A DNA stretch of 62,174 nucleotides, filler included, from Diploschistes diacapsis (taxonomy: Eukaryota): assembly GCA_023645945.1 (NCBI GenBank). It is 8 parts of 8 records of this genome, joined end to end, with 100 filler letters (N's around TTAATTAATTAA, not from the genome) between each part and the next. Parts side by side here need not be neighbours in the genome. Positions count along the whole stretch, not along the records: positions 14,979 to 42,263 come from JALAIB010000164.1; positions 42,364 to 47,243 come from JALAIB010001640.1; 6 more parts are not named here. One strand, written 5' to 3'. How positions within the stretch are numbered: the stretch's first letter is position 1; every line of letters starts with the position of its first letter. A program made the translations under genes and the position numbers. The notes under the pieces were generated by a model. The model was not told the DNA's origin and searched no databases. It saw nothing but the letters and a program-made list of their open reading frames with translations. Below are positions 36,436-47,343 of the stretch, one piece after another.

Positions 36436-37248
36436 ATGGAGGGCGACAAGAGAAAGAAGAAAAGGAAAAGAAAGCATGCCGACATCGACAAGCCTGAAAG
36501 TTCACCATTACACATTCAACGTGCTTCCCTCTACCTCTCCATACCGCCGGTTGCTCTACGCTATGCCTCCCGTGGCCTGTGCGCCGAAGTGCTCTCATCC
36601 CTGCTGCTAAAATACTATTCTCCAATGCAAGGCGTAGTAACTGCCTACGACAACGTTCAGCTCTCGGCAAATCCGAGCCAGACGACTGAAGAAGGTCCAT
36701 CTCTCGCTATATCCTTCAACGAGTACGCCGAACCATTTATCTGGATAACGGCAGATTTTCTATTGTTTCGGCCCCGGAGAGGAGATCGGATTCCAGGATG
36801 GGTTAATTTGCAGAACGAAAGTCACCTTGGCCTCGTTTGCTGGAATCTCTTCAACGTAAGCCTTGCGCGGGCGCATCTGCCAAAGAAGTGGAATTGGATC
36901 GAGCCCACAGCAAGCCAGTCAAAGTCGAAAGCTAGGCTGAAGGGAGGCGCGGCTTCTACTGGCTCACATGATCATGGTGGTGTCAATGGTACGGAGATGG
37001 TGTACGGGCCCTCGGACTACCAAGGACATTACGAGGACGAGAATGGGACGCCCATCCCGGAGCGAATATCTTTTCTTGTTAACGACGTTGAGGCTTCTTC
37101 TAGCACAGACCGAGAGAAGAGCTACCTTGCGATTGAGGGAACAATGGTCCAGGACACTGGAGAGGTACGAGAGGATGGAGATACTAACACAACATTAGAC
37201 GCTCAAGTGTCAAGGAAGCGAAGCAAAAAGGGGAAGTCGTCAGGATAA
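36436..37248 (+). CDS. RPA43: RNA polymerase I subunit A43
   Basis: SLYLSIPP..LLLKYY..GVVTAYDN, FIWITADFLLFRP..G..GWVNLQNESHLGLVCWNLFNVS, IEGTM (SHS2/OB fold of A43). Confidence 0.85.
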   Translation: MEGDKRKKKRKRKHADIDKPESSPLHIQRASLYLSIPPVALRYASRGLCAEVLSSLLLKYYSPMQGVVTAYDNVQLSANPSQTTEEGPSLAISFNEYAEPFIWITADFLLFRPRRGDRIPGWVNLQNESHLGLVCWNLFNVSLARAHLPKKWNWIEPTASQSKSKARLKGGAASTGSHDHGGVNGTEMVYGPSDYQGHYEDENGTPIPERISFLVNDVEASSSTDREKSYLAIEGTMVQDTGEVREDGDTNTTLDAQVSRKRSKKGKSSG

Positions 37249-37691
37249 AGCAAGGGGCAGGCCTAGGTGGTAGCAGGTATCTTATGGTGCATGATAGAGG
37301 AGAATACTCGTCGCCACGCAGAGTGCAGTTTGGAGCTTCACCAATAGTGTTGATTATAATGATTGCTATTTCTGGAACGCGCATTCTATCCACGCGCTTG
37401 CTCAGGGCGGAAAGGCGATGTTTGAACTGATGAAAGCGCAGACCAACCCCACAGAAAACACCCCCACGGCATGCCCATCCGTCCCCCACACTTACTTACC
37501 GAACTGTAATGCGTGCCTGAGCTCTAGACAAGCTTTTTTCCTTCTAAATATATCCCTACCGCAGAGGGTAGGCATAAGGTTAATACGGGCCTGCCTAGAT
37601 TCCATTAGGCTTCATGTTATTTTTCTCGAAGTTTTTGATTTCTCGGTGCTTCCAATATCATCAACACGTCCTCGGCTACTAGTAATGCATA

Positions 37692-40600
37692 ATGAGGCTT
37701 CGTTTAGCCGTCCATCGTAACGGGCTGCCTCCTGCTCACATCCTCTGGAACACCGATGGGCTCCGGCCAAATCACCATACAAGCAGTTCCCATACGACTG
37801 TAGCTCAGTTCTTGGATCAGGTCAATGAGGTCGTACCGCTGGAGAGTGAAGAGTGGGGATTAGATGACTATGTGGTAGAGGTGGACGGTTTCGAGTGCGT
37901 ACATTTTAGTGTTCTTAACGAGATACTTAAAAATGAGGATCATGTCACGTAAGTTAACCTGGTATACTCCCCTAATTAAAGCAGTCTCTGACTGACCGAT
38001 CATAGTATTCGCCCGCTGCAGCATAGCGATCGACGCATACTGCGTGTTTCTGGACGTCATCAGATCTCGGCGGATGGCAAACACCTGATCGACGGTGTGG
38101 CTTTTGGACGGCCCTTTCTCAGACGCACGGATAGGCCACCAGTCAGAATACCTTCGGTGAAGCGGCAAAGACTCGAGTATGACCAAGTAGATTCAATTGG
38201 AGTACAAGTCGATGGCACAAATCAACTAGTCCTTCGAGAGAACAGCCACGACGAATCAGATAACGAGATCCATGATACAGAGCTAAAAGAGCTTGAAGAC
38301 GCAGATGGTGGCAGTATGGTAAGTTACCCAGAGCATCCAGACCGCTCTCAAGGTTCTTTGCGCCTGGAGAATGGACGAAGGCATTCTCATCGCCTCGCGG
38401 TTCCTCGAAAGCGTCGTAGGACCGGTCTAGGAATTGAAGTGACCAGCAGACCTTCAATTCCGCAGATCAGATATGGTTCTGGTTACCATGCACGCCGTGA
38501 TACTTCGGGACGCGGTTCAAAGTCTCCGAGTAGGATAAGCTCTAGGTCTAGCACCAAGAGCGTAAGGTTTGATGGAGATGCGCTTGAAACACCGGCAACT
38601 GTTCTAGCGGGAGAGGAAAGCGAGGATGAAGATGAGGATTTCAACCCCGAGGCTGCGGACTCCGATTCTTCGGAATCGAATAAAGAAAATGTTGACCCGG
38701 CGTCAGAGGATCCCCAGGAAGTAAGAATTCACTCTATTTTCATGTCGGCGGTACGCTAGAAACTAATGGACACTAGAAATGGGACAGTACGTCTTCTTCG
38801 GCACAGTCTAGTTCGGACAGCTCGGAGTCGGCATCGGAATCGGATTCAGAGACATCCTCTTCCGGTTCTGATTCGTCCTCTTGTCCTTCTTCCACGACGG
38901 CTTCACAGTCAAGCTCTGCCTCTACAAGCGTGTCTAAATCGATGAAGGAGTTTCCACAAAGCCAAGCGCCTGTATCCGCACCAGAATTGGTTACTAACGT
39001 TCAGATAAGCACCACTTTTCCAAGGGACAAGGATGTTGCAACACACCCTGAAGTAGCACCAAACCAGGGCAAGCGTCGAACTCAAAAGAGAAACCAAAGG
39101 AGACGGGAATCACAAAGGCGCAAAAAGCTTGAAGCTGCCGGTATTACTCTCGATCCTACTGGAGTAAATCGAGACACCCGATCGGAAAATGGAGGCATGC
39201 TTGCTAACCAAGAGGAAAGCGAGGCTGATTCCCTCGAGACGAAGAAGCTATCTCTTCTTCAAGCCATCGTACCAGACCAGGACCAACATGAAGCGTCTAC
39301 GGATGCCTTGCCATCTCAAGCTGCAGATATGAGTAAAGAACCTCATGCTGAAGACATTTCATGTCATAAACGGCCGGCTCAGTTGGCTCAACTAAAGGGC
39401 CCCAAAAATTTACAGAATCAGGTAGAGCGCGGGATACCAGCCACGCAAAGCCAGATCGTCAACGAACAGAGTCCAGAAATCACTGGACAGACACGGCGCT
39501 CCAGGCTTGATACAGCCAGTACCAAAAGGCTAATATTTGGATCTTTGGGTTTACGGACGCCTAAATCCACACAAGAAGAAGATGCTCTTAAAACTAAGCT
39601 CGACGCAAACATCAGAGCACCCACATGGTTGCCACAACAAAATGGCCTTGTTGAATCCAGAACCCAATTTGAAGGAGATGAATCTTGGAGGGACAAGATA
39701 GTCCTCAAGGCCGTAGAGTGTTGTTACGACGGGGTTGAACTAAGCACGCCTCCATTTCCATTTGTCCAGCGTTGGGATCCACAGCAACAAGGAAGGTATG
39801 GCAATTTTCACAGTAAGGAAAGTGGGGGACAGAGTAAGCGTCGAAAGAGGAATAATAGTCAATACTATCAGGAATACAAAGGTTTTGACGATTACGACTA
39901 CGATCAAGAAAATAACTGGGAATATGAGTCCACTAACCGTGTAGATGGGGGCCCTGAGCGAAGTATTGATATTAATGGAACAACACTCTTCGAGAAGGGA
40001 CAAGATGCCTCAGTAATGGACCCCTTACTCTCACCAAGCGAGGGTGACAGCACACAGGCAGCTATTAACCAGCAGATTCTCCAGGATACAAGTAGCTTTC
40101 CAACGGCCTCCAAAGCCTCCAAAGGGCTAGATCTACTAGAGCTGCCCTCTGACCTATCAAGATGCGAAACACTCACGGCATCATCCGCCAAGCCCGGGGC
40201 TATCATCGCCTTCAAGCAGATGGAGATGTCAGAGGAAACGAACTGGTGTCCTGTAATCTCTCCTTATAGAACAGCAAAGGTTGATGAAGCATTCGAGGAT
40301 GGGACGGTTGGACTTCTCCTAGCTTCACGTGATGTGCCTTCAAGAGTGAAGAAGTATGATCCAGAGACGGGTGAAAGGGTTTACAACAAGTTCGATATGC
40401 CTAGCGACGAGGAGGACGAGGAAGGAGATGAGAGCCGCCTCGAGTTGTCGCTTCTCGACATGATTGAGCCGAAACTTGTTCAACCTGCTGGAACACTCGA
40501 AAATCGGGAGACCGATTACGGAGCATTGCAGTCAGGCTGTGGGGCAGAAGACGAGGAAACTGCCAAAGAGGTCCAAGAAGCTGAAGACGCCGAAGAGGCT

Positions 40601-41794
40601 GAAGAGGAGCACAACATCATCTCGGGAGTACTTGCGGCAAACGATACTCAAGCAGAGGAGGATCCGATGCCTCCCAGTGCTCAGCTTGGAATAGAGATGT
40701 CAGAAAGTGCCCGCCGTGAATACTCATTACTGATGAAGGATGCAGGATTTCATTCTGAAATCGCCCCGGACGTTAGCGAAGGGCTTGGCGGTGGAGCTGA
40801 AGCAGTTTCAAAGAAAGTAGACCGAGCAGAACCTGCAGGTTTAGATTCTGAACTAGGTACCGATGGCGTTCACGATAATGGAGCAATGGTACCAACGCTA
40901 GGCACAGAAAGCGATATATATATGCCATTTAGTGATCCACCAATCGATTCATCTGATGTTCATCAGCCACTCTCGCAGCAGATTGAAGGAGCATGGGAGG
41001 TTCCGGAATCCGAAGCCGATAGGGAAGCCTCGCTGCCTTCCTCGCCGCCCACTCGGTACAGACCTACCACAGACGGTGAGCACGTGGGGAAAGCTGCGGA
41101 TAACAAATCCTCACCACCGATTCCCTACACACCCGCCTCAAATGGTGAATCCTTAGGAATGGCTGCTGGAAACGTCCCCGAGCATGCAGGCGCGAGCAAT
41201 GATCCCGATACTTTCTCCATCAGTGACGAACATGTCGATGTTAAGTTTTCTCCAAGCGCAAGTCCAGTCGTACTCAAGAGCCCGAGAAAGCGGAGCGATC
41301 CCAGGAGAAAAGCTCGCAGCCCTTCCTTTGACGACAGCAGTAGCCTCCCTTCCATCAGTTTTGTCCTTTCTCAACCTGTGCCTCGTTCGCAGAAGATCAC
41401 GGATGAAGCCTGGGACGCGGATTATCTTCCGCCATCTATTGCCTCTATCAAGACCGAAAAGGGCAACAGGAAGGCCAGAAAGTCTAGTGCGAGGCCCAAC
41501 CGCTCGCTTTCGCCTCAAATCAAGATTTCAAGCTCCCGAGCTACACCGGACCGCACCTTTTCCTCTACAGCTCCTACAAAAGCCGAGCAGAAGAAGCAGT
41601 CGCAGCATGTGGACTTGACGCTTTCCAGTAACGTGGATGAGGATTCGGGCGGAAGAGATGTGGAAGATGAGAGCTTTGGGAGCGGAAGCGGAACATTACC
41701 AAAAGGGCCGGGTTGGGTCAGCAAGAAGAGTTTCCGGGGCAGGTTTGCGAGGAGGGGTAGGAGCGGGGGCGATAGGTTGAGGAGCGTTGTATAG
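37692..41794 (+). CDS. Large mostly disordered nuclear protein, probable coilin/Mug174-like; introns 37949-38005 and 38721-38776
   Basis: Compact N-terminal domain MRLRLAVHR..LLDQVN..PLE..WGLDDYVVEV.GFEC.HF..L...DHVTIRPL, Ser/acidic tract, basic RRTQKRNQRRR, and C-terminal block DLS....L..AKPGAIIAFK.MEMS..NWCPVISPYRTAKV. Splicing joins three ORFs in frame. Confidence 0.65.
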
Positions 41795-41908
41795 AGAATC
41801 TTGACGTGTTGCGGATTTCGAGCTGTAAAGCAGGCGGTGTGCTGTACCTCTGTAGCCCATCAAAGTATTGTGGCGGTCGAAGGTCCAAAGACATGTGCTT
41901 GATCGCTC

Positions 41909-42263
41909 TCACTGTTTTTTGCCCGACACCTTCACCCGCGGCATGACTTTCCGCGCCGACCCCTCCACCGCTCTGTGCGCCCTAGGCCCAACATCCCCAT
42001 GCACAACTTCCTGCTCCCGCTCGAACTCGTCCTTGTCCTGCCACATCCCCTTGCCCGCATCTTCCTCCTCCCGATTCCCACTCCCATTCCCATGAACAAC
42101 CACACCCTCCATACCCTCGATCCCCATCCCCGTCCCCGTCCCGCTAACTCCATTCTTAACCTTCCGACCGACCACGCCAGCGCGCCCAACGCCCTCCGCA
42201 CCATCCCTATCCGCACCCGCATCCTTCTGGCCCTCCTTGCCTTGCCCCAGCCAACCCCCATCC
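41909..42263 (-). CDS. 3' end of a hypothetical gene, truncated at the contig edge
   Basis: Open frame from the contig end: DGGWLGQG..KGMWQDKDEFEREQEVVHGDVGPR..KKQ*. Confidence 0.45.
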
Positions 42264-42363
42264 NNNNNNNNNNNNNNNNNNNNNNNNNNNNNNNNNNNNN
42301 NNNNNNNTTAATTAATTAANNNNNNNNNNNNNNNNNNNNNNNNNNNNNNNNNNNNNNNNNNNN
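42264..42363. other. Artificial contig linker
   Basis: N44-TTAATTAATTAA-N44. Confidence 0.99.
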
Positions 42364-43557
42364 CTCCTGCTCCTGCGCCGCCCACACCGATACCCTCCGC
42401 AAACCCCCCAATCACGTTCCCGTCCTCATCCAACACCTCCTGCTGCACGCTGCTATTCCTCTTCCCCCTCCCCTTCCTCTCGGGCTGCTGATGTCCACCG
42501 TCCCCCTTGAGCCCGCCTCCTCTCGTCTTCCCTTCTCCGGGCCGCAGTAGGCTATCGTTGTTGTTCTCCGGCGACCCGTGCCGGTTCCCTGCGCCATCTT
42601 TGTCTTTGTCTGCAGCAGCGTCCTGCATGAAGACGTGCGGCTGGTGCTTGCGCAGCCAGTTGTACACGCTGACCGGATTGCGCATGCTGGCCTCCGACAC
42701 TGCCGCCGGCGGGCCGCGTATCGGATGCGAGTCCATGCCTGCGCCCACAACCATGCTGTTTGGGAGCGGCAGGCCGTCCACGGCGGCGTCCAGTGCGGCG
42801 AGGTATTCGTCCTCGTGCTGCGCGTCGAGGAGGGTGAGGGGTGCCGGATCGCGCAGCTCGGCGAGGAGGTCGTTTGCGGTGGCCTTTGTCGGGTGTGGGG
42901 GCTGTGATAATGGAGCGTGGAGGCCGGCGAGCGGGAGCGTGGTGTGCGAGGTGCTGGCTGAGAGGTGCGCGAGGGAGTGTGGGCCGCCGAGGTTGCGCTG
43001 GACGTCGTCGAGGATGGCGTCGTAGTCGTTTTGGGTGATTTGGCCGCTGGATAGCTCGGATCGGGCTTCGAGGAGCATGGAGCGCGCGACTTGGTGTGTG
43101 TATTTGGGTTTTTCTGGAGCCGCAGAGGGGGAAGGGGAGAGAGAGGGGAGGGAGGAGATAGACGGGGTTGGGTCGGAGAGGGAGTAGGTGAGATAGTTAG
43201 GGAGGGTCGAGGAAGCGTTCAGTGTGAGTAGGAGATCGAGGAGTTGGCTGGGGAGATGAAGATCAGTGGTTGTGCTGCGTAGGGGTTTGGAGTAATGGTA
43301 CTCATTTTGTTCCTTGAGACGCTTCGCAACTTTCTGGAGGCGCTGCTCGTCTTCGTGCATGCGGATGCTGTCTTCCATGACGTTCACGAACCTGCGCCGT
43401 TCCTTGTTGTACTTTTTTCTTCGAAACATTAGCGTCCCAGCGATTCTTGCACTGGTGGAAGTCACCTGAAAGACTTGTAGCGAGGCCTTAGTGACATCTG
43501 ACTATCGGCCATGGCAGCGTTCGCAAGGCCATCTATATTGACGGCAGCGAATGCCAT
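42364..43557 (-). CDS. IEC3: INO80 complex subunit Iec3-like, 3'-truncated; two short introns near the 5' end
   Basis: RPRYKSFR|KKYNKERRRF..ME.S..KRLKEQND QLLDLLL, and RNPVSVYNWLRKHQPHVFMQD, matching fungal Iec3 as I recall it. Confidence 0.75.
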
Positions 43558-44186
43558 GATGGTAGTGGTGTCGTGCTATAAGTTGGCGAAATGGAACATC
43601 ATTAGTATGTATTAAGCTGGCCACATCACAAGGCATGAAGCTATATCAAAGCACGGGCCAATACCTAAATATTCCGACTGTCCCAAAACACAAATAGGCT
43701 AGCATTATCGCTAGTATGCTGAAAGCTCTATATCTAAGGTGCCCCCTCCGCTCCATTCTGCTAGTAGATTAATCCAGTAAGTTATTGGCTGTAGATTGTC
43801 GCCCAACTACTCTACTAATCTGGTGTCGTTGCACTTTGATTGCAAATAGTAAAGATATCATTCACTTACATCCTTCAGGCCATGCGGAATCGTACTTCAT
43901 CCAGTTGCAGAGAGTCAGACAGCCGAGGTCACGGGCCGACCATCGGCTTCGGCTGACCGAGACGGGCCGATGATCCTGGATGAAGCTGAACAGTAGTACT
44001 ATTTGTTCATGGGATCAAGACCAGAAAGAAAGCAGCTGATGCTAGACATCTGATAAAGATGCTAGACACAGGAACCTGCAGAACGAGATCAAGTATGCGG
44101 CTCTCGTAGTGTCCCCAACTGTGCTTGGTATTGCACAGATATTCCTTCAATCGCGCACGCCGGCTGTCAGTATCAAGCTACAAGAG

Positions 44187-47100
44187 ATGGAGCAATTAGA
44201 GATTCACAGCAAGGTCAGGCATTCTACTCCCCGAAAGCGCTCCTACCTAATCTTCTGCAAAGTCTTACCTTGTCCGCTGGGTCGATGTCAAGTCCGAGCA
44301 CACAATCTCTTGGAGCATTCAGACTCATAAGAAAAGTATCAACTTTGGCCTCTTCAAGCACCCAGGTTCCGGCATAGCTCCTACTCCGAAGCAGCCCCAA
44401 GCGAGTTTCGAAGTACCTCGAACACCTACGTTCAAGTCGACCGATGTCGCAGACTCGGCCACCTCGTTGGCGGGACGTTCGGCAGCAGTAGAAAAGCTAG
44501 AGGGTATCGGGTTGAAGCTGGTCTCATGGGCTGGGAGCTGCGATGCCAACCAAGTCGCAACGGGTACATATGATGTTCAAAGAGGTGAAGGCGGCATGTA
44601 CGCCTGTGTATTCGACAACACGTTCTCCAAGAGCTTTTCGAAAACCGTTACGTTTGCTCTGCGAACGTACACTACGTCCGCTCCGCCGTCCAATCACCAC
44701 CTACAGAACAGTGCTGCTGGGAGCTCGCAGAGCTTGCGAGTCAGGTCGACAAAATCAAGACCAAAAGTGCCAATGGATCGCAGGTCCTCGGACTCCGTTC
44801 CTTCTGTACTTCCATCAACTGGTGCCAAGTTAGTGCCTGAGCTGGAGTCAATTCAGTCGAGTTCCTACACTCTGGACGGTGGCAACTACTTCACAGGGGT
44901 GCTCCAGAAGAGAAGGAGGAAAAGAGGCCAAGGCCAGGCCCGAAGGTTCTTTATCCTGGACTTTACGACATCGACTCTGGCCTATTATCACGATCGCAAC
45001 TCACTAACCATCCGCGGCACCGTCCCTCTATCTCTCGCAGTCATTGCTACGAATCCTTCGACACGCGAATTTTCAATTGACTCTGGTGCCGAAGTGTGGC
45101 ATCTTAAGGCGTTGAACAAGAAGGACTTTGAGGCGTGGCAGAATGCTCTCGAGTTTGCCTCCAAGCCATACGTCCACCCTTCTTCTGCGGCTAGCCCTAG
45201 GCCGGACAGGCGCATATCGAGAATGCAGTCAATGCTGCGATCGAATCCTGAAGAGGAAAGGGAATGGACGAAGGTGGAGGGGCTCGTGGTGAAGATCAGT
45301 GCCTCACGAGACCTGGCCATGGCTCTAGCGAAGGATACTGATCCAAAGTACCTTCCATCTCCACTTCTTCACCGGGAAAATCTCCCAAATAGTAGCGGAG
45401 ACCTGAGTCACTATCCATCGAGCACTGACCTCAGCCCTGCAGAGCTTGGGGAGGATTACTTCCAACAGCAGCAGGAACGAAGATCCTTTTGGAAACGCAA
45501 AACCAGTGGCACCAATGGTCTAAACGGTAAAAGAAGTGTGTCCTCTCACGGTGTGTCGCCGGGTCTCCCTCCCTTCTCCAACGGTCTTGGCTCCGCTGAG
45601 CGAAGTGGATCACTTCCAAGGTCACGATTACTTTCGGACGAATCCCTACATGAGCGCTGTATGCAACTTCTGCATAACCTAGACTCCGTAGTCAACGAAT
45701 TTTCGAGCCTAATTGCTGAGAACAAGGAGCGACGGACTACCTTCCAGAGCATCGCTGCTTCTCAAAACATAGTGGCCTCTCGCATGAGTCTGGACTCTAT
45801 CAATACGCAGGAATTCTTTGACGCTGAAGCAGGCGATTCTCAGCTACTGACAATGAACCGAGAGTCGGACGAAGAGGCCGGTGCAACTGAAGTGGAGATA
45901 CATCCCAACGATCACGACGAATCTTCAGCCAGCGAACTGGAAGACTCTGCCGATGTCGGCCGCTCCTCGATCCTCATTACCGATAAAACAGGAGATTTCG
46001 CCTTCCCTCCCAAACCCAGAAATCTTAACCTTCGCTCTTACGCTACCACCACACGCCGCACCACCATCCCTCCAGCCACAGTCCAACCGCCTAGTTTGAT
46101 TGGCATCCTCCGTAAGAACGTCGGCAAAGATCTTTCCACCATCTCCATGCCTGTTTCATCCAACGAGCCCATCTCTCTTCTGCAAAAGTCTGCCGAACAA
46201 CTCGAATACTCTGAACTTCTTGATATCGCTGCCTCATTTACCAGCACCAGCAACTCTACCCCCACCTCATCTCTCCCCAAGGACGCGTCCACCACGCGCC
46301 TCCTTTACCTAGCTGCCTTTGCCCTCTCCATGCTCTCCGAGTTTCGCGTCAAGGAACGTAGCATCCGCAAACCCTTCAACCCCCTCCTCGGCGAAACCTA
46401 CGAGCTGATCCGTGAGGATAAAGGCTTCCGCTTCTTCGCCGAGAAGGTCTCCCACCGGCCCGTGCGGCTAGCCTGCCAAGCGGACTCGGAGCGCGGCTGG
46501 TCCCTGACCCAAGCTCCTGCCCCCAGCCAGAAGTTCTGGGGCAAATCCGCCGAGCTCATAACCGAGGGCAAAGTGCGTGTGCGTCTGCACGACGTCGTTC
46601 TCGACGAAGGGGAAGGCGAGTGCTACTCTTGGCAGCCGCCCACGTGCTTCCTGCGCAATCTGATCGCCGGCGAAAAGTACGTCGAACCCGTCGGCTCCAT
46701 GACCGTCACATGCGACACCACGGGCTCCTACGCCGTGGCCACCTTCAAAGCGAAAGGCATGTTCGGCGGCCGCTCCGACGAGGTCACCGTCTCCACCTTC
46801 GCCGCCGACGGTGGCGAACTGGGCCCCGGGCTGCTGGGCAAGTGGACGGAATCGCTCTTCCTCACCGGCGCCGGTGCCGTCGTGGAGGGCAGACAGCCCA
46901 TCTGGACGGCAGGCGCGTTGGTGCCGGATGCGACAAGGTGCTACGGCTTCACGGCCTTTGCGGCCTCGCTGAACGAGCTGAGCGAGAGGGATAGACCGTG
47001 GTTGCCGGGCACGGATACGAGGCTCAGACCGGACCAGAGGGCGGCGGAGGAGGGGGACTATGAGGCGGCGGAGAGGCTGAAGGGGAGGCTGGAGGAGAGG

Positions 47101-47243
47101 CAGAGGGAGAGGAGGAGGAGGTTGGAGGAGGAAGGGAGGGAGTGGGAGGTCAGGTGGTTCGCGAGGGTGGGCGACGGAGGTGGGGACGGAGATAGGGTTG
47201 AGGCCGAGGGAGAAGCGGTTTGGAGGTTGAAGGGCGGGAGGGA
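44187..47243 (+). CDS. OSH3: Oxysterol-binding protein-related protein, GOLD-PH-ORD (Osh3 type); intron 44214-44262; 3'-truncated
   Basis: MEQLEIHSK|SYLVRWV (GOLD), G.LQKRRRKRGQG.ARRFF.L (PH), GKDLSTISMPVSSNEP, RKPFNPLLGETYE, EKVSHRP ORD fingerprint, TDTRLRPDQRA.E. Confidence 0.93.
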
Positions 47244-47343
47244 NNNNNNNNNNNNNNNNNNNNNNNNNNNNNNNNNNNNNNNNNNNNTTAATTAATTAAN
47301 NNNNNNNNNNNNNNNNNNNNNNNNNNNNNNNNNNNNNNNNNNN
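47244..47343. other. Artificial contig linker
   Basis: N44-TTAATTAATTAA-N44. Confidence 0.99.
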
